A stretch of DNA of 62,371 bases, the filler included. It is 19 parts of 19 records of this genome, joined end to end, with 100 filler letters (N's around TTAATTAATTAA, not from the genome) between each part and the next. Parts side by side here need not be neighbours in the genome. Positions count along the whole stretch, not along the records: positions 53,711 to 55,925 come from SRR9670534_1547; positions 56,026 to 59,735 come from SRR9670534_1554; positions 59,836 to 62,371 come from SRR9670534_1556; 16 more parts are not named here. One strand, 5' to 3'. Every line of letters begins with the position of its first letter. Positions within the stretch are counted from its first letter, which is position 1. The notes beneath the pieces are model-generated. The model ran no database searches, was not told the origin of the DNA, and saw only the letters and a program-made list of their open reading frames with translations. This document shows, piece after piece, positions 53,711-62,371 of this stretch. A program made the position numbers and the translations under genes.

Positions 53711-55372
53711 ACCTTTGGGGGTGTTTGAGTGCACGTGCCCAGATGGGTATTTTTGGGATACAACATTACATGGTTGTGTGAATTCGTCAATTGCTTGCAC
53801 AGAAGAGGAAGTTTGGGATTATGATAAAGGAACTTGCGTTTTGGTAGAAAATGCAACATTTGGTGGAAATTATTCCTGGGGTATATAATTTTTGGTAGAA
53901 ATTTCTTCAGAAATGAATTTGGTAATTTTAGTTTGTGAAGATTATGACCCAGCAAGGTACATCCAGCAACACCCTGCAGATCCTGAAAAGTTTATCGTAT
54001 GTGCTCCATCTGGGGCATTTGAATACAGTTGCCCAGATGGGTATCATTGGGATACGAAATTGTATGCTTGCGTGGATCCATCAATTACTTGTACAGGAGA
54101 GAAGATTTGGAATTATGATATTGGAACATGTACCTTACCTGGAGAGGATGTACATGATATTGCAGAATCATTTCCATGTAAATGTTTATTTTTAACTTAC
54201 AATTATCTTACTAAATTTAATTTTTAAATTTTTATTCTTATTAATAATAAATAATACCTTTTATAATATAAGTTATATATCTTTATTACTAGTTAAAATA
54301 TAATAATAGCTGTCATAATTTTTATTTTGATTAATAAATTAGAATATTATCCTTAAAAGAATTAATAATTTGTAAAGTTGTAAAGTTATTATATACATTA
54401 AGTTATGATTCTCTATTAAATTTTTTAATTTAACTGTAATTTTAATACTATTAAAATTAATATAATTACTAATACTATTAATTTACTAAATTTAGCTTTA
54501 TTAATTATAAATTAAATGTTGGAGATCATTTTTAATTCAATTATCTAAGCTACAACTTTGCTATAACACTTTAGATTTTCAATGCAATTCCCATGGATAT
54601 TACCACCATCTTTTTAACCAAGATAAGTACTATTTTTGTTCTTGGGATTGGTCTGAAGATGGCTCGACGTATGAAGTACATTCCTGTCCTCCTGGTACCA
54701 TATTTTGTCCATCTCCACTGGCTTTAAGTCCTTTTCCTAGTGAGGAGTGCGCGACTTCTTGTCAGTACCAAGTTCTGGTGGATGAACAAGGTGAGCTAAA
54801 TATAAATTTACTACAAATTTATCCCGCTTTATTATAACGGTGTGAAATCAGAGCTAATTGGCGACATCTGCCCCGGTTTATAAAAAATATAAACTTGCCA
54901 TAAAAGTTTCAAACATTTTGATTTAGCACTTACTGTCACTTTCTAATATTGTCAATAAATTCAATCTTTTTGGCGACATCTACCTAGGGATATGAATGAT
55001 TTAGGTTTCCTACAAGAATAACCAAAATCTTGTTTACTAGAATATACAGCTTTCTAACATTGTCCAATTCGATCATATAGGCGACATCTGCCTAGGTATA
55101 TAAATGATCTAGATATGCCAAAAATGTTGGCAACAATGAAAAGTATGTGCAAGCGGCAATAATTTACTATATGTTTAGGCACATTATGCAGCCAGCATGG
55201 GGTGGGTATTTGTACTGATTACCCAAGTAGTGATTTTACCTATTTATGCCATTGGAATCAAGGATTAGTTGAAAGTAATTTGGTTCTTGGTGGATGGATA
55301 ATCTACAAATTTGATGATTGTGATGCTTGTTGTGGGTATGGAGCATATCAAACGGCGACATCTTCATCCTAA
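53711..55372 (+). CDS. Cys-rich repeat protein with chitin-binding type-2 (CBM14)-like modules, 5'-partial (exons about 53711-53880, 53932-54177, 54575-54791, 55179-55372)
   Basis: Repeated CPDGY(F/H)WD...CV and HPADPEKFIVC; GYYHH...KYYFC...HSCPPGTIF. One module per exon, phase-1 introns. Confidence 0.7.
54860..55120 (+). repeat. Degenerate about 110-bp intronic tandem repeat, each unit starting GGCGACATCT
   Basis: Motif at 54860, 54972 and 55080; ctttctaa(t/c)attgtc recurs before units 2 and 3. Confidence 0.75.
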
Positions 55373-55758
55373 TGGTGTCATAGCTTACCGAAGCAAATGA
55401 ATTATATCATAATAAGATAAAAACCCTACTTGAAGTTAATGTATTACGTTATTTACAATGTTACACGTTATTAAATTGCACGTATTTGCACGTGGCACGT
55501 GGCACGCAAATTGCATGGCTTCGAAATAAAAGATATATAAAAGTACGTTTTATATGCACTTCGTGAATTCATCATGATTATTTACCTGATACTATTCTAA
55601 AATTGTACTCTTATGATCCTACTTAACTTGAGTGACTTACTTTTATTAATTAGTAGAATTAATTAATTACTTAATAAAAAGAAAATAAATTAGCGTTTTT
55701 TAATATATGTTTATTAAATACGCTCTTTTCTCAAGTTTTATTTAATTTTATAATAAAA

Positions 55759-55925
55759 ATGACAACCGAGGGTTATCGAAGCGATTATGAAACTGCTCCA
55801 CCAGACCATCAAAAACCCAAATCAAAAACTCCAACAAAGCTGATTCATTATCCTTCCAGAGAAAGCAGATTTGTCAGTGAAATTATACCAAATTTGCTCC
55901 TGGGCAACCTGCATTTTGCCGCAAA
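55759..55925 (+). CDS. Probable dual-specificity phosphatase, N-terminus only
   Basis: VSEIIPNLLLGN...AA is the typical DSPc domain start. Cut by the contig end. Confidence 0.55.
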
Positions 55926-56824
55926 NNNNNNNNNNNNNNNNNNNNNNNNNNNNNNNNNNNNNNNNNNNNTTAATTAATTAANNNNNNNNNNNNNNNNNNN
56001 NNNNNNNNNNNNNNNNNNNNNNNNNTATTAATAATAATATCATATTATTAATATGAATTGACAATACAGTATTGTAAATAAAGTAAACAAATACTTTGTA
56101 TACTTTGTTTATTATTATTAACAAATAAATATCAAATTACAATGAATAAACAATCCCTAATATAAAATCACAAAAATAAAATAACTTATTTTAAATAAGC
56201 AATATAATAATAAATTTTCATAAACATAATAACTTTTAATATAATATGTATAATAGTAATAGTTGTTATAAATTATATTACATATTAATTATACATAATA
56301 TTCATTTTAAAATTTAATAATCTTCTAAATTAGAAGTTCCAATTTTATAAATGTTTAACATTTACAGTTATAGGCTATAACTTATAGCTATAATTTAATA
56401 TTTCATAATAATTAGAAATTCTGTTAAAACCAAATATTAATAATAAAGTTAATTATTAATAACTTTTTTATATTATTAAACAAGAATTTTTTTCAATACT
56501 ATTATTAATAGTATGTATTACCAATTAATGCTAAATTTAATATTAATAGCAATACTAAATTACTAATAATATTTTATAAGAAATATTATTAATTTATTGC
56601 TACTAATAAACATTTGCACCTTGATCTGTCAAAGTCATTACCCTTTTTACTAATCATCGGCGTCTAAATTATAGACTCCATAATCATTATTATAGCAGCT
56701 AGACTGGAGTGATAACGATAACTCTTACAACAAATTCTTAAGATCATTTAAAAATGGATAATAACACTCAACAAATTAAATTTCTGCGAAAAATATCACA
56801 CATAAAATTAATCTGTCACATCTT

Positions 56825-59128
56825 CTACCAAGCAACTGAATGGCAAACACCACAAGCAATATTGTTTATTCCTCTACCTAAAAATTATTCTCCAGTCATT
56901 TACATATCAAATTATTAAAAGCAACAATTGCGCCAAAAACATGCTCCAAAAACACCAGCACATTTCGTAGTAAAAAAGTGCTCCCACCTCAACCTGAAAT
57001 TTAAACCATAAGAAAATCAACAAAAAAGAAATTCAATTAAATCCTGTGGGGAAATATAAATTAAAATGTCGCCAGATGTCGCCTATGAACCCTGGAACAA
57101 TATTGCAATAAATGGTTTTTCTAATAATATATGTGGTGATGACAAATTATGTGAAAAATATTTAATAATGATTATTTATTATTTTTTACATATATTAAAA
57201 AATATGGATTTACTATGGAAAAATCTATTATAATTTTTCCCTATGGGATTTTGTATGATAAAATTTACCTTATGGGAATCCCATAGGGGCAAAACTAGTA
57301 TGAATTCAACCATAAAAATTTATTTCCTTAAAATTAATGAAAGTTTGCTATACATTACTATTATAAAGCGCATGAAATTTAGCTTCCACCTTATGGTTCA
57401 TAGGCGACATCTTTTCTATTTTTCTTACACAGCTGTATTTTAGACCATTTTGTGATAGGATTTCTATGTTACATTTTCACTGAAAACTTATCATGTGAGG
57501 TGGGGGCCTTTTTCACTAAATTAACTAATAACTCTTTGGTCATGTACTTGTCAAAAATGTTTACAAGAATGGGACTTATTTTGACAAAAATTTGAAAGCT
57601 AATTTCTGGCACATCGTTACTAATAATGTATGTATGTACATACCACTTAAATCTTGTAGTTCCTTGGGCCATGGAGAACAAGGTTCTTCACCTAATCCTA
57701 ACTGCCCATATATATTTGTTCCCCAACCAAATATCTTTCCTAAGACAACAATATCACTAATAACAGTGCATAACAGTGAACAACAAAAATATAAAGTAAA
57801 ACATATTCAAATATTAAATTTGATAATAATAATAATAATGTATAAATAACTCATTGAAACTCTTTAACATTTATTTATATATTAATAATAATATTTAAAA
57901 AAAGTAATAATAATTTTTAATACATATCATAATATTATTACATACATTAATTTAATAGTTATAATTACACTAATTATTGATAATAAACTTTTTACATAAT
58001 AGATATATTAATTAATTAGTTGTAATAAATAACAAATTTAGTTTACAACTACTATACTTTTTTATGAAATATTCCAAAAAGTTAATATCAAAATGATTAT
58101 CAAAATTTTTTAAATTATCATCAAAATATAAAATCATACCTTGATCAGTCAATGCAAGGCAATGACTTGTCGCCACAGAAATAGAGACAACTTTTTCACC
58201 CCCAAATCCTTCCACCAGGATAGGCTCATTTACTGACTCTTGAGAACCATTGCCTAAATAAAACTTATCGCCTTTTCCCCAAGCAAAAACCTTCCCTGCC
58301 TTATTCAAAGCAATAGTAAATGCAGATCCACATTCAACTTGTACTATTTCTTCATCACAAAATGCATCAATTTTGACAAAATTTAAACAACTTCCAACAC
58401 CCTCGGAATGCCCCAATTGTCCATCGCAATTTTTACCAACTGACCAAAGGTCATTATCACTTGTTATACAATAAATGTTCCCATTTCCACAAGTTACAAG
58501 TTTTATGGTAGAATTCTTGAAAAAATCAACAATTTTTGGCTTTTGAACATTTTCTTGATCTCCATGACACAATTGGCCAAACATTCCACAACCCCAAGTT
58601 AAGAGGGTCCCTGGGTCAACTATACAGGCACTATTTCTTTCCCCAGCAGAAATATCTGTGACGATTTGTCCCTTTAGAGATTTGATTAATCTTGGATCTT
58701 TTGCAGATTTTGAGGGCAAAATCTTTGAAACAGATCTTCCCAATTCACCATGATTGTTGAATCCCCATGAAAAAACTTGATGTTCAGAAGTTAAAGCAAG
58801 ACAATGGGCTGACCATGCTGTCGGACCAATGGATACTTTGATAATGCTATGCTCGTTTAACGAAGTTATTGGAGTCGGAAATAATGACATGTATTTGGAG
58901 TTTTTACCAAAGATTTCATCGTTTGATGGCTTTCCAAAACCGCATATGAAAACTTTGCCTTCATCGGAGATGATAAATGTACAGTAAAAACCGATGGTAA
59001 CTTTTCTGGGCTTTAAATCTGACAAAGCAGAACATTTCAAAGGCGTTTTCGTTGACGGAACATCAGCAATTAATTCGGTATCTGGTCCGGAACCCCAAAC
59101 CCAAACGTTCATGTCCTTCGTACTCGTT
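56825..59128 (-). CDS. RCC1-repeat beta-propeller protein resembling a HERC2 RLD (exons 58140-59128, 57644-57739, 56825-56877)
   Basis: HCLALT..VFSWG.N.HGELG, LLTWG.G.FGQL.HG, VECGSAFTIAL...VFAWGKGD; spliced end GKIFGWGTNIYGQLG...IACGVCHSVAW-stop. Confidence 0.9.
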
Positions 59129-59709
59129 CTGTAAAATTTTCTATGGTAATGGGTATGTACAGAATTAATAAGATACAAAGTATGAATTCATTGCATAGCC
59201 TATGTACGGTACACGCCTAGGGTACCATTTTTTCAGGAAATGTTGCTGTACGGCATACCAAATGATTACCTAGATAGTGCAGTTGTATAAGTGTATGATA
59301 ACGAAGAATACATACGTACGTACAGTTCGTACGAAGAATACCTACCAGTTCGTACAAAAAATGTACACAGAATACGAAAAGTACCTACCTATGTACTGTT
59401 ACAGTACTACTGTACAGTTACAGTACTACTGTACTACTGTACATACACTTCAAACGTTGTACAACGTACGGTTGTTACACTTCATGACGAAAAGAATCTT
59501 TACTAAAGATTTCATACCTACGACGACTCATTTGTACTTCGGAAGTACAAACAAAATACGTAGTAGGGTAATAATCAACCCTGTACAATACCTTCATATT
59601 GCTGCTGTACGACATTTCAATAGTTGCTGCAGTAGAGTTACAATGACGAATGTATTGCATGTATTGAGTCATCTGTTATGGTAGTCGTACAGAATCTGTA
59701 CTACAGATG

Positions 59710-59735
59710 TACAGTAAGGTCCCGTTATAACGAAT
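59710..59735 (+). mobile_element. Pogo/Tigger-like TIR end at contig break
   Basis: TA-CAGTAAGGTCCCGTTATAACGAAT, near-identical to the terminus at 62290. Confidence 0.6.
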
Positions 59736-59938
59736 NNNNNNNNNNNNNNNNNNNNNNNNNNNNNNNNNNNNNNNNNNNNTTAATTAATTAANNNNNNNNN
59801 NNNNNNNNNNNNNNNNNNNNNNNNNNNNNNNNNNNGTACATTACGTACATTATGTACATTACGTATGTCTACATTACGTACATTATGTACTACATAATAT
59901 GTACCATAATTTAGAAGTATTATTTCAAAATGCTTTAC

Positions 59939-61992
59939 CATATATTTCTTTCATCTGGACTGATTGTATTGTCAATAAATGCAACATCGTTAAAAGAAAC
60001 GTCTCTTCTATCACTAATATCGATAGGATAAGATCGCAATGATTCATTTTTCAATCTCCATACTCGAACATTTGAGTACCCACAGCTTATCATTCTAAAG
60101 GCAATAAATTATAAGGATACCTATTTCGAAAGTTAGACTTAAGTAGATTTTGTCAATGTTACGATTTATTAATAGGATTTATAAATATCCGTACTGCTAA
60201 CCGATCGTTGTTATCAGGAAAAAATTTCATTATTAAAATAGGAACATCCGTGTGTGCTTTAGCCAAAAGTAGAACTTTGTGGCTTTGACGTAAAAACGCT
60301 AAATCGAATAAAGCTACAACATTTTTATGATGCTGATCTTTCCCAACAGATAACAGTCTTTCACCTGATTTATCAAAGCTAAAGATGTAGCATAATTTAA
60401 ACACAGAATTTCATAATTTTTTTATACTATTCATGTTTATTATTAGCAACAATAATAATAATGTTAGATACCAAAGAGAGAAAACGGAAGAACAAGATGG
60501 ATTGAAAAAAGTCAATGTTGTTCTAGAAGTCAAATCCCATATTCTGCCTACACTAGGTGCTCCAGCTTGAGCTGATGCCAATATGTTGCATTTGTTATTT
60601 ACAGTTAATGCTGAAATCTAAATTGTGAAAAATTAGGATTTATGTTACTTAATAAGTGTAACTATATTATAGTTACTATAAGTACCTTTTCCGTATGACC
60701 AACGAAAAAATTTTGTTTTAAAGAATGTATATTTATTGAGATTATAACAGCATGGCAGACATATACGATCCATTGATCATCTGATGTCCACTCAGCCTTA
60801 TACGGATGCACTTCGGATGCCAGCCGACTTGTGCCAATAACAAAAGATAGGTTCATAATGGGATCTGGTTCAAAAATCTAAAATGAAGTATATGATAAGA
60901 ATATGTGCTAGCTAGTAGCAAGTTATTATTGCATACTTTCATTTGATACATTTAGATCAGCTTATTATAAAGTATACCTTTTCTTTAACAACATCCACTT
61001 TTTTCTTAGAATGTACAGGAGAAACTGCAGTTTCGTCCAGTTTAGGAGGGTCTACTAATTCTATTCCAACTTGGGGTAACTGAGAGACATCTGTTATTGC
61101 TTTTCGATTCCCTTTTACTGGTTTTCGGGCAGCAGTTTGTACGCTTAGCATTAGTGGATTATCATCTGGACCTTTAGCACAACCAGTATTTTGCAAATTA
61201 ACATTAACGAGCTTTGCATTGGATATATCTTGTTCTAAAAAGTGTTAACAAAAGTGCGCGAAATTTAAATTTTATTTACTATAACAATGGTATAATACCC
61301 TGACTTGCTACATCTCTTTTTCTTGGTGAACCTTTCTGAATTGAATTAAATGGCAGTTTCTTCATGTGTTTGTTAGGAAAAGATATGTAGTCAAATATAC
61401 TATGCCAGTCATCTTCCTTGATGAGAACATTTAGTCCCATTTCTCTTGGCAATGGTGACAAGCCTTCTGGCGAGACACCAACGGTACCAACAGCTTTCTT
61501 ACTTATGTCTGGATGAAAACAAAGGTCGCTGGTAAAAATATTCTTTACAAAGCAGTTAGCACAAATTTTGATGTTTTTTATATGAGAATAATGTCTATTT
61601 AAATATACTGAGAGCAAATATTGTATATCCATACACAGTAAAATCCATTTCGTGTTAGATGGTGCAGCACCAGCAACATTAGCTGATGACTTAGATGTTT
61701 CATCATCTAAAGTACCGTGAGCGGTTGGACAAATAAAGGGAAATTGCAACCAAGTAGAAGTTGATCTGAATTCCTTAAATAAGTTAGAAAAAGAAATTCG
61801 TATAATTAATCCTTCTGTTGTTACTATATCCAGATGGATGACAAAATATTTTAACGGAATTGGTCGAAATATTAGGTAAAAGAATTTTCCGGTTAAGGAT
61901 AAACTGTGGCTTGATGTTTTAGGGAATAGCAAATAATTGCTAGCTGGTATGGCACCAATAATTCGAAAGACTGAACATTTTAATATTTTGTC
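59939..61992 (-). CDS. WDR90: WD repeat protein 90 (N-terminal CFA20-like domain plus first WD40 repeats), partial at both ends
   Basis: DKILKCSVFRIIGAIPASNYL, LTGKFFYLIFRP, IRISFSNLFKEFRSTSTWLQFPF; later FFVGHTEK, RIWD, LLSVGKDQH, SCGYSNVRVWR. Confidence 0.93.
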
Positions 61993-62289
61993 CTAAACAT
62001 TTTTTACATGTAACATGACTATAGGACCTATATTACATCTTCTATTGCAATAGTAGGAATTAGGTACTTACTTATGTGAATATGTGTAGGATTTACACTG
62101 TACAGGTATGAACTACTAGGTACACAAGTATGTTAAATGAACTACCTACCTTCAATATGTTATACAGTACGTATGTTATACAGTACATACCTGTACAGGT
62201 ATGTAGAGTATAATTAGGATGTTACTAACATGTAGTAGTGCATGTTACACAGTGTACTACACTGTACTACAGTACTACATGTTACTTAG

Positions 62290-62343
62290 TACAGTAAAGT
62301 CCTGTTATAGCGAACCCGTTTATAACGAATCCCCGCTTATAAG
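62290..62343 (+). mobile_element. Pogo/Tigger-like TIR end with subterminal repeats
   Basis: TA-CAGTAAAGTCCTGTTATAGCGAA-CCCGTTTATAACGAA-TCCCCGCTTATAAG. Confidence 0.6.
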
Positions 62344-62371
62344 TTATAAGTTATAACGTAGCCCAATGATG

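Noticed and set aside
54860-55120. CRISPR-like repeat-spacer pattern (also the 27-bp array at 29443)
   Set aside because: Eukaryotic context, the intervening sequences are related to each other, the constant part is only about 10 bp, and there are no cas genes.

Overview
This is not a contiguous locus. It is 19 short eukaryotic contigs (about 2-7 kb each) joined by 18 identical artificial 100-bp spacers (N44-TTAATTAATTAA-N44), so neighbourhood only means something within a contig. The DNA is AT-rich, uses the standard code, and has GT-AG introns, many only 46-100 nt. Gene content points to a compact-genome invertebrate animal with motile cilia. Recognisable genes, many partial: SLC22 transporter, intronless UDP-glycosyltransferase, Ly6/LU protein, PGM1, plexin, tandem-MATH protein, ALG14, KLF1/2/4-like factor, PDI-fold protein, an intron-containing NlpC/P60 cysteine peptidase, CCDC65, GORASP, an HDAC6-type ZnF-UBP protein, two GT31 glycosyltransferases, GALM, a C-type lectin, a chitin-binding-like protein, a DUSP start, a HERC2-type RCC1 propeller and WDR90. 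There are also Copia-like and LINE remnants and Tc1/pogo-type MITE ends. Most interesting observations: the spliced bacterial-type NlpC/P60 enzyme lacking a signal peptide; a strongly over-represented CTCF-like motif (GCGACATCT), often intronic; a MEF2/CRE/CCAAT/TATA module upstream of the KLF gene; an operon-like spacer before GORASP; a UGT lacking its catalytic His; and recurrent fold-back palindromes. All family calls come from motif recognition by eye, not database searches.
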